This document shows positions 9,444 to 20,046 of a stretch of 64,000 bases of DNA, in pieces. The notes under the pieces were generated by a model, which made no database searches, was not told where the DNA came from, and worked only from the letters and a program-made list of their open reading frames with translations. The position numbers and the translations under genes were made by a program. Source of the DNA: Nitrospinota bacterium (lineage in GTDB: Bacteria; Nitrospinota; Nitrospinia; Nitrospinales; VA-1); assembly GCA_013349585.1 (NCBI GenBank), contig DUZG01000002.1:39348-103347 (forward strand). The letters run 5' to 3'. Position 1 is the stretch's first letter, and each line of letters opens with the position of its first letter.

Positions 9444-10088
9444 TCAGTTTACAGGCTCAACAACAAAACCTGACCTATCCATCTGAAACTGAGTAAAAGA
9501 ATTGGCTTGAACTTCAACGCCTTCGGCCTTCAACTTCTTAATGGCTGCAGTGAGCCTTTGGATTTTCTCAAGATCAGCATCACGAAAAGACAAACATGCA
9601 TCTTCATGCCCAGCCATAGCACACATAGCCATTGTATAACAACTCGTAGATGCTCGGATCATTTTCAGTGCCAAATTCGCCTGATGGCAATGCACTCCAA
9701 TAAAAATACAAACATCGATTTTGTTATGCCAGATCGTCAAATTAGGATGATTTGGATTGATTTCCACCGCAGCATCAATCTTAGGATACTTAGGCCGATA
9801 ATCCGCCATGGGGATCAATCTCATGGGAACTTCATTGGCTAACTCACGAATGGCCGTGGCTTTTGCTGCAACGTGATCGTTCCATTTCCAAAGAACAAGA
9901 GGGCCGGGGAAAATGGTTGGAACCTTAGCTCCTAAAATCTTCCTGGCTGCATGTTCATAAGCCTCTTCCTCAGGGACAATTTTTCCTCCTATATGTGCTT
10001 CCCCGGGATCCGGCAATACATTTCCCATAGTTGCAGCAGCAGGAGGTAAAAATGCCTCCGGCCCAGCTTTTACCTCATAATGACTCAT
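9444..10088 (-). CDS. Fifth (delta, ForD/PorD-like) subunit of the five-subunit 2-oxoacid:ferredoxin oxidoreductase
   Basis: 214-aa ORF at the head of the operon. Its size and position match the roughly 24-kDa D subunit of Hydrogenobacter-type five-subunit OFORs. The assignment rests on context. Confidence 0.7.
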   Translation of the reverse strand: MSHYEVKAGPEAFLPPAAATMGNVLPDPGEAHIGGKIVPEEEAYEHAARKILGAKVPTIFPGPLVLWKWNDHVAAKATAIRELANEVPMRLIPMADYRPKYPKIDAAVEINPNHPNLTIWHNKIDVCIFIGVHCHQANLALKMIRASTSCYTMAMCAMAGHEDACLSFRDADLEKIQRLTAAIKKLKAEGVEVQANSFTQFQMDRSGFVVEPVN

Positions 10089-10413
10089 GCTAATAATCCT
10101 TACTGATAAAGTTATGTTCGAAAATAGAGACTAATAATAAACCAGCCCAAAAACCTTGTCAAACCTTAATACTTAAAATGTTTAGGCCTTTCCCGTCTTG
10201 ATATACTCAGTATATCGTCTCAAATAGGCTAAACCTACTGTTAAATGTCTGGCTAGCTACCCGGCAGGTCATCAATTCGGAGATCTAGAAACAAAATCAA
10301 CACCCTAATAGCTAACTTATCAATAGTTAACTGCCGACTCTTCTTAGCATTTCCTACATACCACACAACACCAAGAAGCAGGGGTAATTTTGGTCCTCCA
10401 TCCACCCCTCGAA

Positions 10414-10929
10414 TCAGATTTTCTTCTTCAAATCCTCTAAGAGCGCCAAATGTTTTTTTTCCTCAACCATCAAATGCGAGAAAATGGCTTTCACATCGAG
10501 TTTCTTTTCATTTTTCAACAGGCTCGACAGGACTTCAATAGAACGTTTTTCTGACTCGATTCCAAACTCGAGAGCTTCTATATCACTTTTAAAGTTTTGC
10601 ACCACTTTTGTTTCGGACGCTGGAAAAATTTTCCCCTTGAGTTCATTACTGACAAACAAGTCGAGATGCCTGCGGGCTTTTCCTTTACCGGAAATGGCGG
10701 GTTGTAAAAACCGAATTTTGGTTTGCAAAGTCTGGATGTGCTCTCTTTCTTCTTCAGCGAGACGCGTGAACATAACTTTTACTCTCGGGTCAGAAACATT
10801 TTTTGCAGCCTTCTCATAAAAAACGAAGCCTTCCTTTTCGATGAACAAACTGATTTCAATGGCATCGACACATTGAAAGGATACGGTCTCTTTACCTAGC
10901 ATTGATTCGCTTTTGGTCTCCTTCGTCAT
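10414..10929 (-). CDS. Ferritin-like di-iron (rubrerythrin-family) protein
   Basis: Two ExxH motifs (EEEREH, EEKKH) in a four-helix-type sequence. I prefer ATG 10929, which has GGAG 5 nt upstream, over the TTG at 11028 used by the ORF track. Confidence 0.7.
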   Translation of the reverse strand: MTKETKSESMLGKETVSFQCVDAIEISLFIEKEGFVFYEKAAKNVSDPRVKVMFTRLAEEEREHIQTLQTKIRFLQPAISGKGKARRHLDLFVSNELKGKIFPASETKVVQNFKSDIEALEFGIESEKRSIEVLSSLLKNEKKLDVKAIFSHLMVEEKKHLALLEDLKKKI

Positions 10930-11221
10930 GCTCACTCCAAAAATAAATGGGGAAATCAATCTATCATATCTTTTGACAATGCCCGCTATGAGAATCTGAA
11001 CCACTTCCGCATATTCAAATTTCTTCAATAAAAATAATATGTTATAGTATTTTCAGACATTCGGATCACCCATGACCCCAGAGAATAATAGGCTCCACAC
11101 TAGCCTAAAATCGCCAAATAACGAGTCCATTTTTTAAGGAGGAAGCAGCCATTTCCAGAAGATTGACAACCGCAACCTCCTCCAAAATGCTCCGACCTGT
11201 TTCCCGTAGGAGCAACCTACT

Positions 11222-11653
11222 TTGAAGTCTATTGAAATTTTTACAGATGGTGGATGCAAGGGAAATCCCGGTCCCGGAGGTTATGGTTGCATCATCCGGG
11301 GCGGTGGCAATGTTCTGGAGCTTAAAGGATCTGATCCACAAACCACCAACAACATCATGGAAATGACTGCGGCAATCATAGCCTTAAAAGAGCTCAGTCA
11401 ACCTTACCAAGTGACCCTGACCACCGACTCGCAGTATCTGATAAAAGGGATAACAGAATGGATTCATGGCTGGATAAAAAAAGGCTGGATGACCGCTTCC
11501 CGTCAACCTGTCAAGAACAAGGAACTTTGGCAAGAACTGCATAGCCTGAGCAAACAACATAAAATCACCTGGGTATGGGTGAAAGGCCATGCCGGCCACC
11601 CCGAAAATGAACGTTGCGACCAATTGGCCAACGAAGCCATGGCTAATATTTAA
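11222..11653 (+). CDS. rnhA: Ribonuclease HI
   Basis: 143-aa ORF. IFTDGGCKGNPGPGGYG, TNNIMEMTA and VKGHAGHPENERCD are typical of RNase H1. TTG start. Confidence 0.9.
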   Translation: MKSIEIFTDGGCKGNPGPGGYGCIIRGGGNVLELKGSDPQTTNNIMEMTAAIIALKELSQPYQVTLTTDSQYLIKGITEWIHGWIKKGWMTASRQPVKNKELWQELHSLSKQHKITWVWVKGHAGHPENERCDQLANEAMANI

Positions 11654-11707
11654 TGCAAGCTTTCCGATAAACAAATTAGAACCTAATGCAAACACGAAGG
11701 GGGCCCT

Positions 11708-13048
11708 GTGTTACTAAGCCAGAGACAGTTTAATTCTCTTTCCAAAATTCGCTTTCCCATTCCACAATTAATTGTTTTGGGGTTTTTCTTTCTCATCGCC
11801 TCCTGCTCCACCCAAGGCCCAAGTCGAACCGCAGACATCTACCCGGACAAACCCAAAAGGTACGGGGAACAGCGTGACCACAAATCTGATTACCGCAAAG
11901 ATAGGGTGCGCGCAAAAGAAAAAGAGGCTACGCCACCCGACATCCAACTACCGTTAAAATCAATTGCCGACTTAAAAGGTTTTGCCGATGACATGGACCC
12001 GGCATCGCTGGGACGAGCCATAGACAACCAACTAGCCGTCATGTTCAAGCAAGACCCGGCCTCCCCCGTGCGTCTAGGCGACTTCACTCTCACCCGTGGT
12101 CGTCTCGTAGAAACTCTGGAAGCGTTCCAAAAACTTTTACAAAAAAATCTTCCACAAGAAGAGTTCAATAAAAAAGTTTCTGAAGAATTCCTGCTCTACC
12201 GCGTAGGTAAAGGCAAAAACAAAAAAGTTTTGTTTACCGGTTATTACCGGCCTGTCATCACCGCAAGCCCAACACCTTCACCACGCTACCGGTTTCCGAT
12301 CTACCAGATGCCTGGTAAAGGTTTTCAAAGTGTTAAAAAACAGGGAGGAATTCGATTAGTCGGAAGCAATTCTGGGATAAAACAGATTCGAAAAAATACC
12401 GAAGACTGGAGAAACCTGACCCGTGAAGAAATTGACAGCAAAGGCGCCTTAAGTCACCAGGATCTGGAAGTTGCGTGGCTGAAAAATGAACTCGAGCGTT
12501 ATTTCCTGCATATCCAGGGGTCCGGGGTTCTTGAGTTTCCCGATGGCACACGACAGGGAGTTCGCTATCAAGGCTCTAACAAATACTCCTATCACAGCAT
12601 TGGCAAAAAGATGATCCGCGATGGCGTGATCACCACAAGTCAAGGTTCAATGCAGGAAATTAAAAAATACTTCGCCAATAACCCGCAAAATATTTCTAAA
12701 TATCTCAGCCAGAACAAGCGTTATATCTTTTTCTCACTCAGCAATGAAGGAGCCATTGGGTCAGGTGGCGGAGAACTGGTAGGAGGAAGATCTATCGCCA
12801 CCGACAAGTCGATCTACCCAGCAGGCGGACTCGTCTTCGTTAAAGTGCGGCAACCGGTGCTCGATACCAACAACAAGATTACATCGTGGAAACCGATTTC
12901 CCGATTTGTTATCGATCAGGACACGGGTAGCGCAATACGCGGCAAAGCACGCGCCGATCTTTATTTTGGAACAGGTGATGAAGCAGGAGCCAAGGCCGGC
13001 CACTACCATGAAAAGGGAGAGGTCTACTACCTCATCAAGAAAAGCTGA
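11708..13048 (+). CDS. mltA: Membrane-bound lytic murein transglycosylase A (lipoprotein)
   Basis: 446-aa ORF with a lipobox (LIASC), an MltA-specific domain, and a C-terminal 3D domain (DTGSAIRG..RADLYFG). Confidence 0.85.
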   Translation: MLLSQRQFNSLSKIRFPIPQLIVLGFFFLIASCSTQGPSRTADIYPDKPKRYGEQRDHKSDYRKDRVRAKEKEATPPDIQLPLKSIADLKGFADDMDPASLGRAIDNQLAVMFKQDPASPVRLGDFTLTRGRLVETLEAFQKLLQKNLPQEEFNKKVSEEFLLYRVGKGKNKKVLFTGYYRPVITASPTPSPRYRFPIYQMPGKGFQSVKKQGGIRLVGSNSGIKQIRKNTEDWRNLTREEIDSKGALSHQDLEVAWLKNELERYFLHIQGSGVLEFPDGTRQGVRYQGSNKYSYHSIGKKMIRDGVITTSQGSMQEIKKYFANNPQNISKYLSQNKRYIFFSLSNEGAIGSGGGELVGGRSIATDKSIYPAGGLVFVKVRQPVLDTNNKITSWKPISRFVIDQDTGSAIRGKARADLYFGTGDEAGAKAGHYHEKGEVYYLIKKS

Positions 13049-13597
13049 TCAAACCTCGTCGAACAAAGACACCAACCGCTTGTCGATAAAACCCATTCTT
13101 TCATCTGAAACCTGCAGATGTTCTTTTTCAGGATCGCCCTTCACTGCTGAATAATCTAGATTCGCGGGGTTGCGCTTGATCATGCAGGCAAAAGTAATCG
13201 TCTCTGGTTTTTCTTCCACTTCCAGATAATCAACAGCACGAATAAAAGAATTACCGCTAGTAGCGATATCATCCACGATCAACCAATGCGTGTCTGAAGA
13301 ATAGGCCGGTGCAGGGTTCTGCGCATAATCCAACCTTTTTTTCGGCATGATATGAAACGGTAAATTCATCAGTTGGGAAAGCTGGTGACCAATGCGAATG
13401 CCTTCTGTTTCGCATCCCACCACCACATCAAACTTTCCGTGTTTCTTCTGCCAGTCGAGGAGTTTTTTGAGCAGTACTTCGCAATAAGCTTCGTTCATTG
13501 CATCCGACAAATCACCGTACTCATAGGTATAAGCCGATTTAACCCCTGAACTGAGTGTAAAGTTTCCTTTATGAATTATTCTTGAAAACACTTTCAA
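13049..13597 (-). CDS. Phosphoribosyltransferase family protein (orotate-PRT-like)
   Basis: 182-aa ORF. GNFTLSSGVKS N-terminus and the PRPP-binding motif WLIVDDIATSGNS. Confidence 0.75.
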   Translation of the reverse strand: MKVFSRIIHKGNFTLSSGVKSAYTYEYGDLSDAMNEAYCEVLLKKLLDWQKKHGKFDVVVGCETEGIRIGHQLSQLMNLPFHIMPKKRLDYAQNPAPAYSSDTHWLIVDDIATSGNSFIRAVDYLEVEEKPETITFACMIKRNPANLDYSAVKGDPEKEHLQVSDERMGFIDKRLVSLFDEV

Positions 13598-13724
13598 TAC
13601 TCCCCAAAAATTCCTAAGATTTGTTCTTAAGGGTAAAAAATATTATTAAACCACCCTCACTTTTTAATACTTCAATAAGATATGCCGCTTAATTACTAGA
13701 TTTTTAAACTCATATATCGCGGGC

Positions 13725-14390
13725 TTACTTTTCCGGCCAACCGTATTTCCCAACCAAGGGAACAAATTTGCAATCGCCGATTTCCCGCTTGCTCACGCGA
13801 TCGCCTTTTTTAGTAAGAACCATCAGTTTTTGTCTGTCTGCGCCACCTGCCGGGGCCACCAGCGTACCGCCGTCCCCCAACTGCTTGATTAGGGCTTCGG
13901 GAATTTCTTTAGCTGCCGCAGTAACCATAATGGCATCAAACGGGGCCTGATCTGGCCAGCCGTATGTGCCATCAAACATTTTAAAAACGATATTGGCATA
14001 ACCCAATCCCTCAAGAGTTTGTTGGGCTTTACGCGAGAGAGCATTGATACGTTCAATAGTGAAAACCTGCGCGGCCAACTCGGCCACAACCGCTGTCTGA
14101 TAACCCGATCCGGTGCCTATTTCCAGCACCCGTTCATGACCTTTCAACGCCAAAGCCTCTGTCATGGCCGCTACGATATAGGGCTGTGAAATAGTCTGGT
14201 TCTCACCAATGGGCAAAGGCGTGTCGCCATAGGCTCGATGTTGTAAAGAATCGAGCGTGAATAGATGCCGAGGCACGCGACTCATTACTTCTTGTACACG
14301 TAAATCTTTTATGCCGCGATCACCAAGCTGTTCTTCGACCATTTTGCGCCGCTGTCCCGCATGTAAATGGATAGAATTCATTCGGTTCAT
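13725..14390 (-). CDS. pcm: Protein-L-isoaspartate O-methyltransferase
   Basis: 221-aa ORF. QTISQPYIVA, VLEIGTGSGYQTA and the overall PCMT pattern. Confidence 0.9.
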   Translation of the reverse strand: MNRMNSIHLHAGQRRKMVEEQLGDRGIKDLRVQEVMSRVPRHLFTLDSLQHRAYGDTPLPIGENQTISQPYIVAAMTEALALKGHERVLEIGTGSGYQTAVVAELAAQVFTIERINALSRKAQQTLEGLGYANIVFKMFDGTYGWPDQAPFDAIMVTAAAKEIPEALIKQLGDGGTLVAPAGGADRQKLMVLTKKGDRVSKREIGDCKFVPLVGKYGWPEK

Positions 14391-14512
14391 AGTATAGGAT
14401 TATTATGGCGACCAGCGTGACGCTGGGCCCAACAGATCAATTCTTTTCAAGCTAAAGGTAGAGAAAGCGACTACTCACTGGCCCCACTCCGAGTGGCTCT
14501 GCCAGGAAGGAA

Positions 14513-14824
14513 TCAGTTTACAGGATGGATGCCGTCTATATCTTCGACCTCTCGACCGGAATTTTGCAACAAACCAACATCAGGAGAAGGCAAAGCGTCC
14601 AGCATTTTAGGGTTTTGATAAAATACCCATTCCCAGCGATCAGCCCGTTCATCGTACTTGAGGAGATATATGTTGTCATCATCGGCTTTGATTTTGAAAT
14701 AACGCGAACCTTCGCCATACCAGCGGTCAATGATCTCCTCTACCTTGTAACGGCTGTTACTGAGGACAAAGGCCACGGGTCTTTCATTCAGCTTGGAAGA
14801 TGTGTAACACTCTACCTTAAACAT
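14513..14824 (-). CDS. Small hypothetical protein
   Basis: 103-aa ORF (…ERPVAFVL…VEEIIDRWYG…YFKIKADDDNIYLLKYD…). No family assignment. Confidence 0.5.
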   Translation of the reverse strand: MFKVECYTSSKLNERPVAFVLSNSRYKVEEIIDRWYGEGSRYFKIKADDDNIYLLKYDERADRWEWVFYQNPKMLDALPSPDVGLLQNSGREVEDIDGIHPVN

Positions 14825-14991
14825 GGGGCCATACTATGATTTTCGATCTAAATTGTAAACCCTTTTCTCCGGCTCACACGGGCCGTAAAACGTTAGTAAA
14901 TGCATTTCCTGTTACACGGTTCAGTTCCCCATTCAGAAATTTTATTGCTATAATCCAGCTGAATCAAATCCTGTAAAAGCCCTTTTAAATC

Positions 14992-15861
14992 ATGTCCAAA
15001 CCACAACTAAAAAATATTGAAGAGCATCTCCAATTCCTAGTCGGAGAAAGAAATCCTTTTACCGAACCGGATCATCTGGAAAAAACTCGCCTTTATATTA
15101 CAACGCAATTCGAGAGCTTTAACCTTCCAGTCAATCAGGAAGCGGTTGATTTTGAAAATAGCCGATCCTTTAAATATCATCGGGAAACCGACTGGCACTC
15201 AATCAACACCCTTTGTGCTCGCCGCACATTACGACACCAAACCAGGGACCCCGGGAGCAGATGACAATGCCAGTCCCGTGGCCGCGCTTCTGGAGATCAC
15301 ACGGCTGCCTTGCAGACCACACTTTTCACACTCCCCTTATTTTTACCGCTTTCACATTAGAGGAATATGGTTTTATAGGGTCCCTCCATTTTATTAAAAA
15401 TGCGGTTAAAAGAAATGAAACATTTAGCGGCATGATTTCGCCGGAGATGCTGGGGTATAAAAATAGCGCACTACAATCGCAGACCTATCCCCCTTATCTT
15501 GATACTGAAAAGTATCCTGACTGCGGTGATTTTATCGCAGTGGTCGACAACGAACCCTCAGCACAGTTAACGAAAAGTCTCGCCGAAGGAATGAGACGGA
15601 ATGTCCCTTCCCTGAAAGTAGAGACTCTTGTAGCCGGGAACAGGGGAAAACTTCAGCAAGGTGCGGTTGAACGATCATGCCCCGTCTTGGGACGCAGGCA
15701 TTCCAGCGGTGATGGTCACCGACACAGCATTTTTTCGCAATCCACATTACCACCAACCCTCTGACACACTTGAGACATTGGATATGGAGTTCATCCGGAA
15801 AAATGCAGAGGCCGTAGCTGAAACCTTAAAAACATTGCTCAACAAAAAACAAGTAGCATGA
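14992..15861 (+). pseudogene. M28-family aminopeptidase, disrupted by three frameshifts
   Basis: Four overlapping ORF pieces, with starts mod 3 = 1, 2, 0, 1, together spell one M28 peptidase (…FVLAAHYDTKPGTPGADDNASPVAALLEI… / …FTAFTLEEYGFIGS… / …DHAPSWDAGIPAVMVTDTAFFRNPHYHQPSDT…). Confidence 0.8.
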
Positions 15862-18800
15862 AAAAAAATAAAAAAAATCAGACAGACATAGTTGGAGAAG
15901 CAGAAAACGAAGCCTCTCCTAAAAAGACAAAAAAACGTTCGTCGGCATTATTCCGAGGAATGATTTATTTTTTCTTTTTCATTTGTTTTTTAATCGTCGG
16001 CGCCGGAGTGGTCTTGGAATACTTTTTTCCCGCCGAAAAGGTGCGTGTACTGGCAGAAAAAGAAGGCACCAAACAACTCAACCTCCCTCTATCCATCAAA
16101 GAAATAAAATTCAGCCTGTTGAGCGGTGTCCGCATTTACGGAGTGCGATTAGGCCCTGCGGCACAGCCTATTGCAAGTGTGCAAGCTCTGGTTCTGGACT
16201 ACGATCTTTCCCAGTTGTTGCAGGGGCAAATTGTCATCAACCAGATTCTTGTTGACCAACCTGAACTAAGCGCCATTTCAAAAAAAGGAGTATGGAATTT
16301 TCAGCCGCTATTAAATTTAGCCCCTCCTGGAAACGCTTCATCAACATCACCTCCCTCTGATGGTGGTCTACCCCTACTCCTTGCCGGGGTCGACCTGCAA
16401 GAACTGAATATCCGCAATGCTTCTGCAAAACTCGATATGGATGGCGATCTTTTTGCCTCTATCAAAGGACTCAATCTGGAAGCCAAAGGAAAAGCAAATC
16501 TGGATGCGATCGATCTAAACTTGCGTGTACTCATGGAAGCTGGCCCAATTTCCAACATCATCTTCAAACAGCATAAAGAAAAGCTGCATTTTCAATCCCA
16601 CGCCAGCAGCGATTTAAATTTCTCTACGAAGGACTTAAAAAATATAAACATTTCCGGGAACTTTGATTTACAACAAAATCAAATCCAACTTGGCGACGTT
16701 CTGCCTTCCCCAAATCTGCAAGGAAGTCTGTCCGCCAAGGTACAATTGCAACCTGAGCTAATAAACTTATCTACGTTTTTTCTGACCTTGGACGATAAAA
16801 ATGAAATCCGATTTTCTACAAAAGTAAAAAACTTTTCAACTAATCCCGAAGTAGAACTAAACATCCAAAAACTTTCCTTTCAACTCTCCGATATTTTGAG
16901 ATGGGGAGATAAATGGATTCCATCTTTTTCTGGACATGGGACACTAAAAGGAGAGAATCTAAATATCATGGCACGGCTTCCCGGCTTCAAACCAGATGCT
17001 GTGAGCTTGAGCGGTGGTCTGCTCAGGACAGAAAACCTGACTCTCAATTCGACAGATATTCATATTGAAAAAATGAATTCCTCATTACAAATCAATGAGG
17101 TCGTCTTAAAAAATGGCCAGCCCGAAAAAGTCTCAGTAGATTTAAAAATGCAACTGACTAAAGCCCAGGCGCGGGAAGCAAAAATCCGAAACTGGAAACA
17201 GACGCTAAAACTCACGGCAAGCGGTTCCGATCTTTCTCAAGTAAAAATAAACTTTAACACCGATATGGAATCTGTACATTATGACCACCCCTCTTCAAAT
17301 CAAATCCATCTGCCTTTTCATACAGAAGGCTCTTTAAAAGGGGACTGGAAAAGAGGAAACATTGAGCTACAAAAAATGTCATACCGCTCCGGTGATATGA
17401 TCCAGGGAAGAATTTCAGGAAAAGTGAAAGAAAAAAAATCCTTTCAACTAAATAAAAACCTGACTCTAGATATCGCGCAGGTTCTAAAAATTCTTCCCAA
17501 AGAAATTTCAGAAAAAATTCCTAAAATAAAAGCATCCGGCAAGACACAGGTCGCCCTATCATTTTCAGGAAAACTCGATACGAACTTCCAGCCTGTAAAT
17601 ATAAACGGTGATACCCAAGTCAGCCTAAAAGGGTTTTCAGCCAAACTGAATGAACCCGACATACAAGTTGATGATTTAAATACCACAGTACGATTCCCAC
17701 TGGTTTACAAGGCGGAACAAGGAGTGGAAATTCCTACTCTAGATATCGAGGCCAATTTGAAAAAACTCTCTGCCTTGGGCAATTGGGGTCTCATCGATTT
17801 TTCAGCCTCGTCGCAACTGACTTTAGATACTTTGCACAACTTAAAACACGACTTCGGAACTGTGCCAGTAAAGCTGGACTCACAAATTAAATTTGGCAAC
17901 TTGCATTCCACACAACCCTCACTTTCGTTTGCTGATTTTAATATGGACACCCATCTAAAAGGAGATTTGCGGTCGGATGATTTTCGCAACGGCCAATTAG
18001 ATGGCGACGTTTCATTTAAAAACATAAAGGCCATGGAAAAACTGCAGGTTGGAAAAGTCGACTCACGGTTTTCACTAAAGATGCGCGATAAATCCTTATC
18101 GCGAATTCGCCTGTCGCAGAAAACAAAAATAACTGACATTAATCAGCACGAGATTAGCCTGGATGAAGTCACCCTTGAGTCCCTCACCCGAAAAAACCTG
18201 CAAGACGGAAGCTTTGATCTAGACAAATTCCATTTCAAAGCAGCTGATCTGATTGAAATGCAACTGAAAGGCAGTGTAAAAAACTGGGGTGAGTCGTTTG
18301 CATTAGAAAACAGTATCGACAATCTTAAGCTTGCATCCATTTGGGAGAAAATACCTGCCGATTTGAAAGAAGGGTTAGGGCTTACAGAATTGGGCGGCAC
18401 TGTAGGGCTGTCAATAAAAGTCCGAGGCAATCTCCCGGTTTCTGAAGAAAATTTAAAACCCGCGGAGCGTTGGATAAAAGTATTCGCCACTCTCGACCCA
18501 GACAACCTACCCCCTCTGAATATTTCAACTCGTTTTCAATTAAAGAATGGCAAAGCAAATCATCTTGAAAAAAACGTCCGGGCGAATGGGTTGAACATTG
18601 ACACTCATATGAGCATCAAAAACGGTTCGGCAGAGCTTTCTGGAAACACTACCGCAAAAATCCAGGGAATGGATTTCTTTGAAATGCTACCCCTGCATCC
18701 CGAGTTTAAGTTTAACTACCGCCTGGAAAACTTAAACACCCTTATTCTAGCCAAACATCAGTTGGATCTTAAAAACAGAGGGGTTCGCCATACGCTAGAA

Positions 18801-19859
18801 GGAAAAATTGACGGACTCAAATCTTTCCTGAAAGGCCCTCTTGACCGCCAAAGGCTTTTAAAAAATCTTAATGTCGTCCTGAAAAATGTAAATAACCTGA
18901 ACATCGCAGAAGCAACGAAAGGTGAATTATTTGGAGATATTAAAGCAACCGGAGCGCTTTCCTCACAATTTGAAATCCGTCAGTCTGCCGGGAAAAGTAT
19001 AGACCTTAAAGGCCTGATCGAATTCAATCAGTTCGCCGCTGAAGTTCCCAAGGGTGTTACGTTGAAAAATTTAACCGGAAACTTTCCGTTCAGCAAATCC
19101 CTCTCACTCGCCCCCAACATGCTTTTCAGCAAATCCACTTCCCCTGCGCAAAAAAGATTCTTCAAGCAGTTGAGAGGTTTTTCCCGTTATAAAAATAATA
19201 TTCAAGCAGGCTCTCTGGAAGTAGCGGGACAAAAAATTTCAAATATCGGCATGGATATGGTGTTCAAGGACAATCGACTCGCGGCAGACAAATTTATTTT
19301 CGATGTTTTGGGTGGAACAGTAGGCGGGCATTTTTCTTTTACGCAAACTGAAAAGGGTTCCGCTCTTAAATTTTTTACCGAGTTCGCCAAAATAGATTCA
19401 TCACGGTTATTGCCGACAAGCAAGGAAGAAAATATTGATTCCCAAATAGACGGCAATATGGAAATAGCTTTAGAAACCGTTCCTCTGGAGAAATTGCGTT
19501 TAAAAATAGGTATAACAAGAATTGGAACAAAGACTTTGGATCGCTTATTGCTTTTTATTGATCCAGAAGAAAGCAAACCCGCCATTGTAGACACACGGGC
19601 AAAGCTAAAACTCGCAGCACCTAAGCGCGTGCTGCTCTCTCTCGATAATGGGAATTTGGATGTGGAGGTCTGGCTGAAAAGCGACCTGATTGGAATTATC
19701 AAAGCACCGGAACTTAAAAGAATTCCGATTGCAGGGCTAAAACAATTCACAACGATTAACCAGCAACTGCAATCTCTTCAAGAAGTGTTGCAAATACTAA
19801 AGATTGTAGCGGCTAAAGGAATTGCTTTTGAGAACGAGGCGTTAGTTTTCAAATATTAG
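15858..19859 (+). CDS. AsmA/TamB-like large envelope-biogenesis protein
   Basis: 1333-aa ORF. One N-terminal TM helix, an AsmA/DUF748-like N-terminus, and a long beta-rich repetitive body. Its start overlaps the M28 pseudogene stop (ATGA). Confidence 0.75.
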   Translation: MKKNKKNQTDIVGEAENEASPKKTKKRSSALFRGMIYFFFFICFLIVGAGVVLEYFFPAEKVRVLAEKEGTKQLNLPLSIKEIKFSLLSGVRIYGVRLGPAAQPIASVQALVLDYDLSQLLQGQIVINQILVDQPELSAISKKGVWNFQPLLNLAPPGNASSTSPPSDGGLPLLLAGVDLQELNIRNASAKLDMDGDLFASIKGLNLEAKGKANLDAIDLNLRVLMEAGPISNIIFKQHKEKLHFQSHASSDLNFSTKDLKNINISGNFDLQQNQIQLGDVLPSPNLQGSLSAKVQLQPELINLSTFFLTLDDKNEIRFSTKVKNFSTNPEVELNIQKLSFQLSDILRWGDKWIPSFSGHGTLKGENLNIMARLPGFKPDAVSLSGGLLRTENLTLNSTDIHIEKMNSSLQINEVVLKNGQPEKVSVDLKMQLTKAQAREAKIRNWKQTLKLTASGSDLSQVKINFNTDMESVHYDHPSSNQIHLPFHTEGSLKGDWKRGNIELQKMSYRSGDMIQGRISGKVKEKKSFQLNKNLTLDIAQVLKILPKEISEKIPKIKASGKTQVALSFSGKLDTNFQPVNINGDTQVSLKGFSAKLNEPDIQVDDLNTTVRFPLVYKAEQGVEIPTLDIEANLKKLSALGNWGLIDFSASSQLTLDTLHNLKHDFGTVPVKLDSQIKFGNLHSTQPSLSFADFNMDTHLKGDLRSDDFRNGQLDGDVSFKNIKAMEKLQVGKVDSRFSLKMRDKSLSRIRLSQKTKITDINQHEISLDEVTLESLTRKNLQDGSFDLDKFHFKAADLIEMQLKGSVKNWGESFALENSIDNLKLASIWEKIPADLKEGLGLTELGGTVGLSIKVRGNLPVSEENLKPAERWIKVFATLDPDNLPPLNISTRFQLKNGKANHLEKNVRANGLNIDTHMSIKNGSAELSGNTTAKIQGMDFFEMLPLHPEFKFNYRLENLNTLILAKHQLDLKNRGVRHTLEGKIDGLKSFLKGPLDRQRLLKNLNVVLKNVNNLNIAEATKGELFGDIKATGALSSQFEIRQSAGKSIDLKGLIEFNQFAAEVPKGVTLKNLTGNFPFSKSLSLAPNMLFSKSTSPAQKRFFKQLRGFSRYKNNIQAGSLEVAGQKISNIGMDMVFKDNRLAADKFIFDVLGGTVGGHFSFTQTEKGSALKFFTEFAKIDSSRLLPTSKEENIDSQIDGNMEIALETVPLEKLRLKIGITRIGTKTLDRLLLFIDPEESKPAIVDTRAKLKLAAPKRVLLSLDNGNLDVEVWLKSDLIGIIKAPELKRIPIAGLKQFTTINQQLQSLQEVLQILKIVAAKGIAFENEALVFKY

Positions 19860-20046
19860 TTTTCACCAAGACAGATCATGCGCTCCTCTCGTCAAGAAGA
19901 CGAATAATCCCCACTCCCAGACCCATTGAAAAACCCTTCAATATATTAACCTATATAGACCATCCAAACATATCGTTTGCCTAGACTTTTTGGCATGGCA
20001 AAAATATCCCCGATCTAACGTTCTTTTAATTTTTGGAGGGGTTGCC

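Noticed and set aside
17705-19750. Antisense ORFs inside the 1333-aa gene (17705..18139, 18143..18505, 19202..19750), and similar ORFs inside trkA/trkH, oadB and the 1274-aa gene
   Set aside because: They are shadow ORFs opposite long, strongly supported genes. They are Ser/Arg/Phe-rich translations typical of antisense frames.
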